Below are positions 1 to 10,543 of a stretch of DNA of 64,000 nucleotides, piece after piece. The DNA comes from Candidatus Shapirobacteria bacterium (GTDB lineage: Bacteria > Patescibacteriota > Microgenomatia > UBA12405): assembly GCA_016188545.1 (NCBI GenBank), contig JACPHO010000001.1, positions 355,324-419,323 of the forward strand. Direction: 5' to 3'. Position 1 is the stretch's first letter; each line of letters begins with the position of its first letter. A program made the position numbers and the translations under genes. Below the pieces are notes generated by a model. That model saw nothing but the letters and a program-made list of their open reading frames with translations, did no database searches and was not told the origin of the DNA.

Positions 1-63
1 CCGCCTTATTCATAAGTCATACATCATACTTCATAAATCAAAGTAAATTAGTTACACTGAATC

Positions 64-954
64 GTGACCAAACTAGTCAAACTTCTCTTTTTCCCCCACG
101 AGGACAATAACCATAAAGCATTTTTAATCCAACCGGGTTATATTGGCCTTCTAATTGGTGTCTATCTCTTAAACCAGTCATTTATTCGCACCCTGACAAT
201 AGCTCGACCTGGAGTCTTGGGTTATTCATCAGAAATCACCGCTCAAAAAGTTATTGACCAAACAAACGCTCGCCGTGCCCAAGCCGGACTTGCCCCGTTA
301 CTACTCAACCCAGTATTGTCTCAATCAGCCGCCGCCAAAGCAGACAATATGTTTGCCGAAAACTACTGGTCTCACAACTCTCCTTCTGGTAAAACACCAT
401 GGGATTTCTTCAAAGCAGTCAAATACCAATATTCAGTGGCCGGTGAAAACTTAGCTAAGGACTTCTACGACACCGATTCTATGATGCGAGCCTGGATGAA
501 CTCTCCAACTCACAAAGCAAATATAGTAAATACAAAATATCAAGAGATAGGTATTGGGGTAGTCAATGGAGTTCTCCGTGGAGTCAAAACGACCTTAGTT
601 GTCCAGCACTTTGGTACACCACTTTCGAGTCAAGTCAGAGCAGCTGATACTTCAAACAATCAAACAGATGAAATCGCCATCGCAACCAACGAGCCACCCG
701 TCACTGAAACCGTACTAGCTGAAGTCTCCGCTCCAGCGGTAACACCCTCGTTCATGATAAGCCCACTTCAAATCAGTCAACTTGTCGGTCTGGCTATGTT
801 TATAGTTATTATAGTCACTCTAATTATTGACATCATTTCTTCAATGAAAACCAAGAACCATCGACTGAGTAGTTCATCATTAAGTCATGTTGGTTTCTTG
901 GCGATTATTCTGATGCTTTTGCTATTTACCCGACAAGGTAATATCCTCTATTAA
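64..954 (+). CDS. CAP/SCP (YkwD-like) domain protein with C-terminal transmembrane anchor; GTG start
   Basis: Motifs NYWSHNSPSGKTPW and GENLAK are typical of the CAP/SCP-PR1 fold. The C-terminus has a hydrophobic stretch, LVGLAMFIVIIVTLIIDII. Confidence 0.55.
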   Translation: MTKLVKLLFFPHEDNNHKAFLIQPGYIGLLIGVYLLNQSFIRTLTIARPGVLGYSSEITAQKVIDQTNARRAQAGLAPLLLNPVLSQSAAAKADNMFAENYWSHNSPSGKTPWDFFKAVKYQYSVAGENLAKDFYDTDSMMRAWMNSPTHKANIVNTKYQEIGIGVVNGVLRGVKTTLVVQHFGTPLSSQVRAADTSNNQTDEIAIATNEPPVTETVLAEVSAPAVTPSFMISPLQISQLVGLAMFIVIIVTLIIDIISSMKTKNHRLSSSSLSHVGFLAIILMLLLFTRQGNILY

Positions 955-1196
955 TGATCAAAAAACTTGAAAATATAATTCTTGGTTTTATTTTGGTTAC
1001 TGGTCTCTTTCTATATATCTATTTTAGGAACAATAGCCACTATCAACGTAATATTATCTATCTGACTGGTGGCTCATACTTTCTCTGGAGCCTCTACCAT
1101 CACTATCAAAAAGGGGATCTGCACCTATCTATTATTATCGAATACTTAATAATAATTTTATTTGCCCTGGTGGTTATTTCCTCGACTTTTCTCTAG
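954..1196 (+). CDS. small hypothetical membrane protein
   Basis: 80-aa ORF with two hydrophobic segments and no recognisable motif. Confidence 0.3.
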   Translation: MIKKLENIILGFILVTGLFLYIYFRNNSHYQRNIIYLTGGSYFLWSLYHHYQKGDLHLSIIIEYLIIILFALVVISSTFL

Positions 1197-1836
1197 TAAC
1201 GTCATTCTGCCATTCCTCGATTTTCTTCGGATCACCCGATAGTAGTACTTCTGGTACAGTTTCTCCATTAAATTCTCTTGGTCTGGTGTACTGCGGATAC
1301 TCAATATACCCTTCAGTCGAAAAACTTTCTCTCGTAGATGACTCATCTTTACCCAAAACACCTGGTAATAACCTACTGACGCTATCAATTACTACCATTG
1401 CTGGAATTTCCCCTCCGGTTAGGACAAAGTCTCCTATTGATATTTCCTCATCTACCAAACTGCTGACTCTTTCATCAAAACCTTCATAGTGACCACATAC
1501 TATCACCAAGTTCTTGTAGCCAGAAAGTCTTTTAGCATCAGCCTGAGTATATCTCTTCCCTCTCGCGCTCATCAACACCACCCTAGCACCCTCCTTTTTA
1601 ACGTCTTTTAGTGCCTTGGCAATCACATCAACGCGGATCAACATTCCTACTCCGCCTCCAAACGGGCGATCGTCTACAGCTCCATAGCTATTCCACGCCC
1701 ACTGGCGCATGTCGTGAGTATGGATTTCCACAACTCCCTTTTCGACAGCCCTCTTTACCATACTCTCTGCAAATGGCCCCTCAAACATTTTTGGAAACAA
1801 AGTCAGTACATCAAATCTCATAAGCGATGTTATCAT
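1174..1836 (-). CDS. trmD: tRNA (guanine37-N1)-methyltransferase TrmD
   Basis: The opening motif MRFDVLTLFPKMF is canonical for TrmD. The SPOUT-type SAM site motifs VVLMSARG and GHYEGFDERV are present. Confidence 0.9.
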   Translation of the reverse strand: MITSLMRFDVLTLFPKMFEGPFAESMVKRAVEKGVVEIHTHDMRQWAWNSYGAVDDRPFGGGVGMLIRVDVIAKALKDVKKEGARVVLMSARGKRYTQADAKRLSGYKNLVIVCGHYEGFDERVSSLVDEEISIGDFVLTGGEIPAMVVIDSVSRLLPGVLGKDESSTRESFSTEGYIEYPQYTRPREFNGETVPEVLLSGDPKKIEEWQNDVTREKSRK

Positions 1837-2116
1837 ATGCCATGAGAATAGGACTTGTTATAGAAGACGGCGAAAAACAAATCGGCTTTTACCCCACATC
1901 TATTCCACGATCACCAATCTCAGATACCTCCTTAACTATCTCTCGAGATTTTATTGGCGGTACGGTCACTATTAATGATGGAGACAGTGTTGTGACTAGG
2001 CCAATAAAATCCTTACTAAAAAAACCTGTCCTAATTAACTCACGAATGGTTTCCGGTACTTTAGCCAAAATAAAAGCTATAGAAACCTTCCACGGACTCC
2101 AAAGCTGAACAAGGAG

Positions 2117-2410
2117 CTAGACATTACATCTTCTAGCGAAGGTAAGTAAGTTGTCAGCTGTTCGTTCATCATCTGGCAAAAATGACAGTACTTCTTGAGC
2201 CAATGAATCTGGAGATCTTCCATCTTTTCTTCTTCTAATTTCGCCATCAACTACTGGATATGCTGAACTACCATACACAAGCAGTGTTATTTCACGTGCA
2301 GTTCGAGACTTGCGGTTTCTACCATTTGATCGACTCATAAATTCAGTTAATCTCAATCCTTCTAGGCTCCTGTGTCCATTGCTTTGCATCTCCAACTCAA
2401 CTTCCGCCAT
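2117..2410 (-). CDS. hypothetical small basic protein
   Basis: The ORF track gives 2117..2572, but that overlaps the upstream methyltransferase gene in another frame. An internal Met (MAEVELEM) at 2410 gives a non-overlapping, tightly spaced gene. No recognisable domain. Confidence 0.3.
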   Translation of the reverse strand: MAEVELEMQSNGHRSLEGLRLTEFMSRSNGRNRKSRTAREITLLVYGSSAYPVVDGEIRRRKDGRSPDSLAQEVLSFLPDDERTADNLLTFARRCNV

Positions 2411-2429
2411 GACAGCTTTCTCATATTCT

Positions 2430-2993
2430 TCATTGTCGAACTTGGACTGTCTTGACATTCTTTTTTTCATACACATACAAAATTTTATTTTGCCCTTTGA
2501 AATTAATTTTATCAGTTTTAATATCCAGACCCAATTTTCTTCCATAGTCAACAAGTGACTCAAACCAGTCAATGTTAGGTTTGATCTCGATCGGCTCGTC
2601 TACAACGCAGCAGGGGAGCAGAACAAACTTTTTGCCATATTTTTTACAAGCATCTATTATTTTCATGTTAACTCCATGAGCATGCAAACCAATTAGCAAA
2701 TCATAGTCTTTAGCCATTTCTGGCTCAAAATGTCTAACCCTCCGTGGAATACTCATTGCCTCCTTTTTACTCACCAATACCCGCTTACCTGTCTCAATAT
2801 TTTTGTACTTACTAAATGGTTGCGGTACAAATGGGTCGATCACAGTGCATTTCCACCCTTGGGAATTTAGCAAGTATGCCAACAATCCCTTGCTCCCTCC
2901 CACATCCGCCGCTAATTGCGGCTGATAATGATCGGTCAACCATTTTGTCAGCAACTGAAATCTAAACTTATGATCCATGGATCTCATCTTCAT
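2430..2993 (-). CDS. class I SAM-dependent methyltransferase (small)
   Basis: The motif DVGGSKGLLAYLL fits the glycine-rich SAM-binding motif I. An acidic residue follows a beta-strand at VIDPF. Confidence 0.5.
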   Translation of the reverse strand: MKMRSMDHKFRFQLLTKWLTDHYQPQLAADVGGSKGLLAYLLNSQGWKCTVIDPFVPQPFSKYKNIETGKRVLVSKKEAMSIPRRVRHFEPEMAKDYDLLIGLHAHGVNMKIIDACKKYGKKFVLLPCCVVDEPIEIKPNIDWFESLVDYGRKLGLDIKTDKINFKGQNKILYVYEKKNVKTVQVRQ

Positions 2994-3079
2994 ATCCGTA
3001 TTTTACCCAACAAATCAGCTTTTTTAGAATTTAGGATTTGGGATTTAGAATTTTCCCTGTTTTGGGTTATACTTTTAAC

Positions 3080-4267
3080 ATGAAAACCAGCCAAGAGACA
3101 GCCGTCATTGTAATTCCAACCTACAATGAAGCCGGAAGTATCGGTGAGATGATTGATCATCTTTGTACCAAGACCTTCCCCTCTCTTAATAAAAAGTGGG
3201 ACATGAAAATATTGGTAGTCGATGGCAACTCACCAGATGGTACCAGTAAGGTTGTTTTTGAAAAGACCAAAAAATATAAAAATGTCTTCCTTCTCACTGA
3301 GACTTCGAAGGATGGGATTGGAGCTGCCTATCTTAAGGGCTTCAAATATGCCCTAGAAAAACTAGCTGCCGATTATCTATTCGAATTTGATGGCGACTTC
3401 CAACATCCTCCGGAAACTATTCCTCTAATGCTCGACGCTATGGACGAAGGCTACGACTATGTTATCGGTTCTCGCAAGATAAAAGGCGGCAGCAATCCCA
3501 AGGGCTGGGGTTTCAAGCGTCTTTTCTTCTCCGAGGCCGGCGGCATGACTGCCAGGTTTATTCTCTTTTTCCCATTCAAGAACTTCTTCAAAGTTACCGA
3601 TCCAACCACTGGCCTCAAAGTTACCCGGGTCAAAGGATTCGCCGACAAACTAAATCTTGATTTTTCACATCTTTACACCAAAAGTTTTGGATACAAACTT
3701 CAGCTTCTTTTCGAGACCCTAAAAATGGGTGCCCGCTTCAAAGAGGTTCCCTTGGTGTTTAATGTCCGTAATGCAGGTGAATCAAAAATTGAACCTCAGA
3801 CTGCCAAAGATATTCTGCTGGTAGCCATAAAAATTCGTTGGTTTGATGATTTCACTCAAAAATTCCTCAAATTCGGCATTATTGGCGGTTTTGGCTTTGT
3901 GGTTAATGTTGTTGGTGCCAAGTTTTTTAAATCTGTTTTAATTACTCCAGATTCAAACATCAGTCTTCTAAATGGAGTTTGTAACGCTTTGGCTTCAGAG
4001 TTAGCCATTATTTCCAACTTTACCTTCAACAACATTTGGACTTTTTCCAATGAAAAAATCACCAGTCCTGGCGCACTTTTAACAAAGTTCCTCACCTTTA
4101 ACTTCTCTTCGCTTATCACCGGGATCGTTATTCCCTCGGTTGTTATCGCCGTACTTACCTCAATGTTTGGCGATTACCTCTTCCTCTACCAGGTTATTGC
4201 TATTTTTGGACTAACTATTCCCCTCAACTGGATGGTCTACAACACCATCATCTGGAAGAAAAAATAG
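3080..4267 (+). CDS. family 2 glycosyltransferase (Dpm1/polyprenyl-phosphate sugar transferase-like) fused to a C-terminal GtrA-like membrane domain
   Basis: GT2 motifs VIVIPTYNE, DGNSPDGT and DGDFQHPP are present. The C-terminal 120 aa is hydrophobic and GtrA-like (FLKFGIIGGFGFVVN). The likely start is the ATG at 3080 (MKTSQE), not the ORF-track start at 3038. Confidence 0.75.
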   Translation: MKTSQETAVIVIPTYNEAGSIGEMIDHLCTKTFPSLNKKWDMKILVVDGNSPDGTSKVVFEKTKKYKNVFLLTETSKDGIGAAYLKGFKYALEKLAADYLFEFDGDFQHPPETIPLMLDAMDEGYDYVIGSRKIKGGSNPKGWGFKRLFFSEAGGMTARFILFFPFKNFFKVTDPTTGLKVTRVKGFADKLNLDFSHLYTKSFGYKLQLLFETLKMGARFKEVPLVFNVRNAGESKIEPQTAKDILLVAIKIRWFDDFTQKFLKFGIIGGFGFVVNVVGAKFFKSVLITPDSNISLLNGVCNALASELAIISNFTFNNIWTFSNEKITSPGALLTKFLTFNFSSLITGIVIPSVVIAVLTSMFGDYLFLYQVIAIFGLTIPLNWMVYNTIIWKKK

Positions 4268-4270
4268 TTT

Positions 4271-4699
4271 TTAGGCAACAGTAAGCACTTTGCCTTCGGT
4301 TTTCGCCACCAACTCATCAAAAGTAAGTTCAAACACTGCATTATTCTTGCCGGCAGCTGCATAGATACGATCATATTTTGACAAATCAATATCAATTATT
4401 GTTATTGGTGTAACTTTGTGACCCCAAGGTGCGACACCTCCGATGACATAACCCGACATTTCTCTCACATATTCAGCATCCGCTTTGAGAATCTTTGTTC
4501 CGATCGCATTATTGATCTTAGTTTCATCAATTCTATTCACCCCTGAGGCTACCACCAAGACCGGCTTTCCTGCCTCAGTTTTGAAGACTATCGACTTCGC
4601 AATTTGGCCAATTTCGCACCCCAGAGCATCTGCCGCATCCTGAGCAGTTCTAGTCAATTTTTCAAATTCTATAACCTTAAAATTATCTGCAAAAAACAT
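4271..4699 (-). CDS. YbaK/ProX-family aminoacyl-tRNA deacylase (free-standing)
   Basis: It has the size and pattern of YbaK-type trans-editing domains (SIVFKTEAGKPVLVVASG, EMSGYVIGGVAPWG). Confidence 0.65.
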   Translation of the reverse strand: MFFADNFKVIEFEKLTRTAQDAADALGCEIGQIAKSIVFKTEAGKPVLVVASGVNRIDETKINNAIGTKILKADAEYVREMSGYVIGGVAPWGHKVTPITIIDIDLSKYDRIYAAAGKNNAVFELTFDELVAKTEGKVLTVA

Positions 4700-4784
4700 A
4701 ATCTTTGATCACAAATATACAACTCACCTAGTTTACTACAAATAGCTTGTTGCTTTCCCACTTCTGTTGTCATAAATTTACTTA

Positions 4785-5267
4785 ATGACAAAAACAACCC
4801 CATCTCAGAGCTCTTCTTCAGACTTTCGCACCATGTTCAATCAGTTGGAAGTCCTCTTTGATGAATACTTAGGTAAAAAAGCACCCGCTTTACCAGCAAA
4901 TGTCAAAGAGCTAATAGTCAAATACTCTCCCTACATCTCTTTGGTCGTAATTATCTTCACCCTCCCAGCCATCCTGTTTGCATTAGGTCTTGGAGCACTT
5001 TTGACCCCCTTTGCTTTTATGGGTGGTGTTCGTTATGGTTTTTCCTTTTCATTTTCGACCCTATTCCTACTTGCTACACTTATTCTTGATATTGTCGCAA
5101 TTCCAGGTTTGTTTGCTCGTCAACTCTCTGGATGGAAGAAAATTTATTTAGCCACACTTCTTGGAGCTGTTCATTCATTATTGAATTTTCAGCTTGGTAA
5201 CATGGTTATCGGAACCGCGATTTCCTTGTATTTTCTTTTCCAGGTCAAAAGCTATTATAAAAATTAG
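4785..5267 (+). CDS. hypothetical integral membrane protein
   Basis: 160 aa with three or four predicted TM helices and no motif. Confidence 0.4.
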   Translation: MTKTTPSQSSSSDFRTMFNQLEVLFDEYLGKKAPALPANVKELIVKYSPYISLVVIIFTLPAILFALGLGALLTPFAFMGGVRYGFSFSFSTLFLLATLILDIVAIPGLFARQLSGWKKIYLATLLGAVHSLLNFQLGNMVIGTAISLYFLFQVKSYYKN

Positions 5268-5268
5268 C

Positions 5269-6381
5269 CTAAATCGTCCGAACACTCAATCTATTTGCCG
5301 GTCCCTGTCCAAACCAAGAGTCACCGTGTACTACCACGACAGTATCCTTAGAATGCAACAGCCCATCTTTTTTTAAGTCTGAAAATATTGGATCTTCGGT
5401 TGCGTACGCCTCAGTCAGGAAGTCTTTATAATAGGGGATTACTCCGTAAGATAGGCATAACTGGTTCAACACCTTTTTGTCGTTACTTATGGCGATTATT
5501 GGTACTCCAAGTCTATAACGCGACATCATTTTCGTCGTCGTCCCTCCTCGAGTAAAAGTTAATACCGCTTTAATAGGTTTATCCAAATCGTCCTTAGTCA
5601 TCCTGGCAGCAGATTCTGTTAATGCATCTGTTAGTGTTTTTGCACCTAAGTTTATTGTTCTAAGTTCACCTGTCGTCTCACAAAACTTGGCAATTTTAGC
5701 CATAACCATAACTGCTTCAACTGGGTGATTACCTAAAGCTGTTTCTTCTGACAACATGACGGCATCTGTCCCATCAAACACCGCATTTGCCACATCGGTT
5801 GCCTCAGCCCTAGTCGGAGTCATGTTTTTAGTCATTGAGTAGAGCATCTCAGTGGCGACAATCACTGGTATACCTGCAGTTCTAGCCGCGTCAACTATCT
5901 TTTTTTGGAAAAAAGCCAACTCTTCTATGGGAGTTTCTCTACCCAAATCACCTCGAGCTACCATTAGCCCATCGGCCACCTCAATAATATTGTTGAGTTC
6001 CGTCATCGCATAACCATTTTCGATTTTGGCTATGATCTTGGTCTCTATTTTTCGTCTCCTAAGTCGATTCTTTAGTTCAATTATGTCTTTTGCACTCTTT
6101 AGATATGACAGCGCAATGTAGTCAAAATCAGTAATCTCAACCAGAAAATCATTTCTAGGCACATCAATAATTATTCCTGCCCGAATTCCGAGTCGCTTGG
6201 CGCACCTTCTGATTTTAGCGATCTTATCGTTATGCCACTCGTTAGGGCTATATTTCATGTTAAATCTAAACATGTTGGCGCCCCCTAGTAGTAGTTTTGA
6301 GATTATTTTCTCAGTCTCAGTAGCTGGACCTATAGTCGCTACTATCTTGGTTCTTTTGTCTATTTTTTGCATTTTTTCCAT
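5269..6381 (-). CDS. pyk: pyruvate kinase (compact form, C-terminal domain reduced)
   Basis: Motifs TKIVATIGPA, MVARGDLG, PTRAE, DVANAV and MLSEETA are present. At 370 aa it is shorter than typical pyruvate kinases. Confidence 0.85.
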   Translation of the reverse strand: MEKMQKIDKRTKIVATIGPATETEKIISKLLLGGANMFRFNMKYSPNEWHNDKIAKIRRCAKRLGIRAGIIIDVPRNDFLVEITDFDYIALSYLKSAKDIIELKNRLRRRKIETKIIAKIENGYAMTELNNIIEVADGLMVARGDLGRETPIEELAFFQKKIVDAARTAGIPVIVATEMLYSMTKNMTPTRAEATDVANAVFDGTDAVMLSEETALGNHPVEAVMVMAKIAKFCETTGELRTINLGAKTLTDALTESAARMTKDDLDKPIKAVLTFTRGGTTTKMMSRYRLGVPIIAISNDKKVLNQLCLSYGVIPYYKDFLTEAYATEDPIFSDLKKDGLLHSKDTVVVVHGDSWFGQGPANRLSVRTI

Positions 6382-6881
6382 AAACCTAGTTGATTATCTT
6401 TTGCATAATTTTGAGCATCTAATAATCGCTGATAATATTTTACATCAGGCGGGTATGTTGCTACCGATCCAAAACCTTGTTTGACCAATTCTTCGTTAAT
6501 TAAAGTTTCCTTAATCCACACATATCGTAGCAGTCTGCCATATTTATCCTTATCACTAACATCTTTTTCCAAAGTAACCGCCTTACCTTCAACCAGGCTT
6601 TTATTAAACTCATATGCCTCAATTCCAAAACACTCAACTCCTTTCCTTGGATCCTTAGTTTCTGGAGTATCAACTCCTATATAACGGACTTTTTCACCAT
6701 TTTCAATTTCGACAGTGTCACCATCAACCGCTCGTGTAACCACCATATTGTTTTTCGACAGCGGCTTTTCAGGTATTATTATTTTTACTTCAGTGAGGTT
6801 TTCTTGGATTTTTGGACCAATCAATATCGCGATGATAACAACAAAAAATACAAATAGCCATCCATACTTCTTTTCACTCAT
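6360..6881 (-). CDS. thermonuclease (staphylococcal nuclease-like) with N-terminal membrane anchor
   Basis: Motifs DGDTVEI, RYIGVDTPE, GRLLRYVWI and NEELVKQGFG are present, with an N-terminal TM helix. Confidence 0.75.
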   Translation of the reverse strand: MSEKKYGWLFVFFVVIIAILIGPKIQENLTEVKIIIPEKPLSKNNMVVTRAVDGDTVEIENGEKVRYIGVDTPETKDPRKGVECFGIEAYEFNKSLVEGKAVTLEKDVSDKDKYGRLLRYVWIKETLINEELVKQGFGSVATYPPDVKYYQRLLDAQNYAKDNQLGLWKKCKK

Positions 6882-6931
6882 ACCAAAAATTCTATCAAAA
6901 TAGAGCTTACTAGTGATATCATCTATGTATT

Positions 6932-8260
6932 ATGTCAAGGTACCTCATCAATGGCGGCCGGCCACTCCACGGCGAAGTATCAATTAGAGGGGCCAAGAAT
7001 GCTGGCTTTAAGCAAATAATTGCCTCACTGTTATCAGAAGAAACAACTCATCTAACCAATGTTCCTAGCATAACCGACGTCCATATAACTCAAAGCATTG
7101 CTGAGAGTCTGGGTTCAAACTTTGTCAAAATCGGTCCGCATGGGCTTGAGGTCACGACCCCAAAAATCACTAGTTCAGTTGTCCCGCAAGGAACCGGTGA
7201 AAAATCTCGCTCTTCTTTTATGTTTGCTGCGCCACTTTTAGCCCGTACAGGGGAGGCCACCATCCCCATCCCTGGAGGGGACAAATTAGGCGCCCGCCCG
7301 CTTGATCGTCTTTTTGAGTGCTATCGTCAGATGAATATTAAGGTAGAAGAAAGCGGTTCCAAAATCCATTTTTCTACCACCGGCATCCAGGGGACTGTCT
7401 ACAAATTTGAAAAACCTTCGCATACAGTTACCGAAGTCATACTTATGACCAGCGCTGTTGCCCGCGGTGAAAGTACCATCCACAACGCCGCTCTAGAACC
7501 AGAAATTGACGATCTTATCGAGATGCTCAACTCGATGGGAGCTAAGATTACCCGTGACCCTGTCGATCCCAAGATTATCCGAATCAAAGGCGTTCCTTTT
7601 CTGAATGGGGCTCACCATCAAGTGATCGCCGACCGTAACGAATCAATCACCTTTGCCTGTGCCGCGTTAAGTACTCGTGGTTCAATCAATATTCTTCGGA
7701 TTGAGCCAAAAATTATCGAAACCTTTCTTCGAACTATTGAAACAATGGGCGCGCATGTCGATCGTGGTCGCGACGAAGTTTCCATTACTTGGTTAGCTCC
7801 ACTTAAAGCAATTGACATCGAGACCGAACCTGAGCCTGGTTTCATGACCGATTGGCAAGCGCTTTTTAGTTTGGTTATGACCCAGTCAATTGGTTGTAGT
7901 ACTATTATTGAAAAAATATTTCCTTCCCGTTTTCAGCATATTGAAACCTTAGACCAGATGGGTGCTAAGACTAAGTTGTTTAACCCGGAGGTGTCCGACC
8001 CCTCAACTTATTATCACTTCAACCCAGAATCAGATTTGCCAACATACTTTCATGGAGTCAAAATTTATGGACCATGTAAACTATCCCCAGTAAACATTAC
8101 TGTTAAAGATCTAAGAGCGGGTGCTTTGGCTACTCTCGCCGCACTTACGGCCACAGGACAGTCAGTTATCGAAAGAGTGGAATATATTGAGCGTGGCTAT
8201 GAAAGGTTAGCTGAAAGGCTCTTAGCTCTTGGGGCCGATATCAAGTACATCAAGACCTAA
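6932..8260 (+). CDS. murA: UDP-N-acetylglucosamine 1-carboxyvinyltransferase MurA
   Basis: The N-terminus (GGRPLHGEVSIRGAKNAGFKQIIASLL) and C-terminus (LRAGALATLAALTATGQSVIERVEYIERGYE) are MurA/EPT-fold signatures. Confidence 0.9.
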   Translation: MSRYLINGGRPLHGEVSIRGAKNAGFKQIIASLLSEETTHLTNVPSITDVHITQSIAESLGSNFVKIGPHGLEVTTPKITSSVVPQGTGEKSRSSFMFAAPLLARTGEATIPIPGGDKLGARPLDRLFECYRQMNIKVEESGSKIHFSTTGIQGTVYKFEKPSHTVTEVILMTSAVARGESTIHNAALEPEIDDLIEMLNSMGAKITRDPVDPKIIRIKGVPFLNGAHHQVIADRNESITFACAALSTRGSINILRIEPKIIETFLRTIETMGAHVDRGRDEVSITWLAPLKAIDIETEPEPGFMTDWQALFSLVMTQSIGCSTIIEKIFPSRFQHIETLDQMGAKTKLFNPEVSDPSTYYHFNPESDLPTYFHGVKIYGPCKLSPVNITVKDLRAGALATLAALTATGQSVIERVEYIERGYERLAERLLALGADIKYIKT

Positions 8261-8262
8261 CC

Positions 8263-9321
8263 ATGTTTCGCCGACCCATTTTTCTCTACCTCATCTCTAT
8301 TTTATTTGCTGTACTCATCGTTTCATTGATATTTTCTTTTATTTACAAATTTAAAATTAAAAATTATAAATTACCACCAACGACACCTATTGTCGTTGTG
8401 GTTCCCTCTCCCACCCCCGACCCTCTAGCCCCAATCTCTATTTTGTTAATGGGCTACGGAGGTGTTGGCCATGACGGTGGATCACTGACCGATTCAATTG
8501 TTTTGGCTAATATCAAGCCAAAAGAAAAAAAGATTACCCTAATTTCCATTCCCCGCGACCTCTGGGTATTAGTCGATGATAGCCAGGTGGAGCCGCTCTA
8601 CTCCAAAATAAACTATGCCTTTCCTTTTGGTGGCGGTCAAAAGTCAAAAGAAATTGTTTCTCGTATCACCGGCATCAGCCCAGACTATTTTTTCGCAGTC
8701 GATTTTGCCGGTTTTTCAAAGGCAGTCGATCAAATTGGTGGAATTGATCTAAAAATTACCCGTCCTTTTATCGATAACTTCTATCCACTCGATATTGGTG
8801 CCACCGACTCTTGTGGCAAAACTCCTGAAGAAATAACCGCCCTCGAGGCCACTCTGTCAGGGGATCGTCTCGACCAACAGTTCAGCTGTCGCTATGAGCA
8901 GTTGGTATTTGATGTTGGCACTACTCACCTCAACGGCATCACTGCGCTAAAATATGCCCGCTCTCGTCATTCAGAAACCTCCGGAGGAGATTTCAACCGC
9001 AGCGACCGCCAACGCCAGGTTGTGGTCGCCATTCGTGACAAATTTTTGAAACTGGGAATTATTACCAAAATCATTCCTATTTATCAAACAATAGTTGCTC
9101 ACACCCAAACAGATCTTGGTATAAATGACATTCAAAAGCATATCTTCAAAACCGGGGAGTATTCCAGATATTCTGTGGAGTCAATCTCCCTAAATGATAA
9201 GAATGTTTTGACCCAATCATTTACACCCAAAGGCCAGTCTATTTTGATGCCAAAGTTAGGGGTAGAACAATATTCAGAAATTCAGGCGTACATAGCTTCC
9301 TCTTCTGCTATTTCACGCTAG
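8263..9321 (+). CDS. LytR-CpsA-Psr (LCP) family protein
   Basis: An N-terminal TM helix is followed by the LCP core (SLTDSIVLANIKP, ISIPRDLWV). Confidence 0.75.
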   Translation: MFRRPIFLYLISILFAVLIVSLIFSFIYKFKIKNYKLPPTTPIVVVVPSPTPDPLAPISILLMGYGGVGHDGGSLTDSIVLANIKPKEKKITLISIPRDLWVLVDDSQVEPLYSKINYAFPFGGGQKSKEIVSRITGISPDYFFAVDFAGFSKAVDQIGGIDLKITRPFIDNFYPLDIGATDSCGKTPEEITALEATLSGDRLDQQFSCRYEQLVFDVGTTHLNGITALKYARSRHSETSGGDFNRSDRQRQVVVAIRDKFLKLGIITKIIPIYQTIVAHTQTDLGINDIQKHIFKTGEYSRYSVESISLNDKNVLTQSFTPKGQSILMPKLGVEQYSEIQAYIASSSAISR

Positions 9322-10462
9322 TTACTATGGTTGCTGCAATCATTTCCGGAACATTTTTATCCAGAATACTTGGCAACAAATTATTAGCGGTTAGGTTCGG
9401 TAAATTATATTCATAAATAGCCTTAGCTGTCGCAAGTTTTATCTCTATCGTCGCTTTAGTAATCTTGGCCGCCAACAAACCCTTAAATACTCCCGGGTAT
9501 GCCAGAGCGTTATTGATTTGGTTATCAAAATCAGATCTACCAGTTGCTACTATCATTGCTCCAGCAACTTTTGCCAAGTCAGGCATAATTTCTGGAGTCG
9601 GGTTAGCCATCGCAAACACAATTGGGTCTTTGTTCATTGATCTGATCATATCTTCTGTCAGTGAGTTGGGTGCAGATACTCCTACAAAAATGTCAGCTCC
9701 AACTAATCCCTCTTGGATGGACATGGTTTTTGTCTGTCCAGTCAGTTGAGCCATCTCCATCTTATATTTATCCAAATCAGTTCTATCAGTCGACACCAGG
9801 CCTTTTGAGTCAAACAATTTGATATCACTAACCGGCAGTTCCGACGCCTTAATAAGTCGGGTTATTGCATTTCCAGCCGCCCCCGCTCCAGTAATCACCA
9901 CTTTTAAGTTTTTACTTTTAACTTTTAATTTTTTATTTTTTATTTTTATCGCCCCCATTAGTGCTGCTAAAGTCACAATTGCTGTTCCATGTTGATCATC
10001 GTGAATAATGGGGATTGGCAACTCATCACTCAATCTTTTTTCAATTTCAAAACATCTTGGTGCCGAAATATCTTCTAGATTTATGGCTGCAAAGTTTACC
10101 GATATTGCTTTTACAATTTTGATAATTTCTTCAGTGTCCTGAGTGTCAAGACAGATTGGGAAAGCATTTAGCCCAGCAAACTCCTTAAAAATTACACACT
10201 TACCTTCCATCACTGGAAGTGCTGCCTTGGCACCTATATTTCCAAACCCAAGAACTGCGCTTCCATCAGATATTACAGCTACCATTTTTCCGGCAATTGT
10301 ATATTCCCTTACCGCATCAGGATTATCTTTAATTACCATGCATATCTTACCTACATTTGGGGTGTAAATATTTGACAAATCTTCCTTTGTATTTACTTGC
10401 ACTGTCGGCACAATCTCTAACTTACCAGTATTTTTTTTATGAATTTCAAATGTGTCTGTCAT
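9308..10462 (-). CDS. NAD(P)-dependent malic enzyme (small bacterial type)
   Basis: Motifs LSNIYTPNVGK, VISDGSAVLGFGNIGAKAALPVMEGK, HDDQHGTA and the Rossmann motif VITGAGAAG are present. There is a lysine-rich insert, KIKNKKLKVKSK. Confidence 0.8.
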   Translation of the reverse strand: MTDTFEIHKKNTGKLEIVPTVQVNTKEDLSNIYTPNVGKICMVIKDNPDAVREYTIAGKMVAVISDGSAVLGFGNIGAKAALPVMEGKCVIFKEFAGLNAFPICLDTQDTEEIIKIVKAISVNFAAINLEDISAPRCFEIEKRLSDELPIPIIHDDQHGTAIVTLAALMGAIKIKNKKLKVKSKNLKVVITGAGAAGNAITRLIKASELPVSDIKLFDSKGLVSTDRTDLDKYKMEMAQLTGQTKTMSIQEGLVGADIFVGVSAPNSLTEDMIRSMNKDPIVFAMANPTPEIMPDLAKVAGAMIVATGRSDFDNQINNALAYPGVFKGLLAAKITKATIEIKLATAKAIYEYNLPNLTANNLLPSILDKNVPEMIAATIVTSVK

Positions 10463-10543
10463 ATGTCTCAGTCTCTAAATTTTCCTAATAATATTTTCAA
10501 AGATTATTCAATACAACTTTACCTCAGATCAATAATATTTTGG

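Noticed and set aside
1827-2108. 93-aa plus-strand ORF between trmD and the next minus-strand gene
   Set aside because: It has no motif and starts inside the trmD start region. A rimM or KH-like gene is expected here on the minus strand but no ORF supports one, so it is left uncalled.
9900-9960. AT-rich TTTTAACTTTT-type repeat resembling the intergenic motif
   Set aside because: It lies inside the malic enzyme gene and encodes a lysine-rich linker (KIKNKKLKVKSK), so it is coding rather than a regulatory copy.
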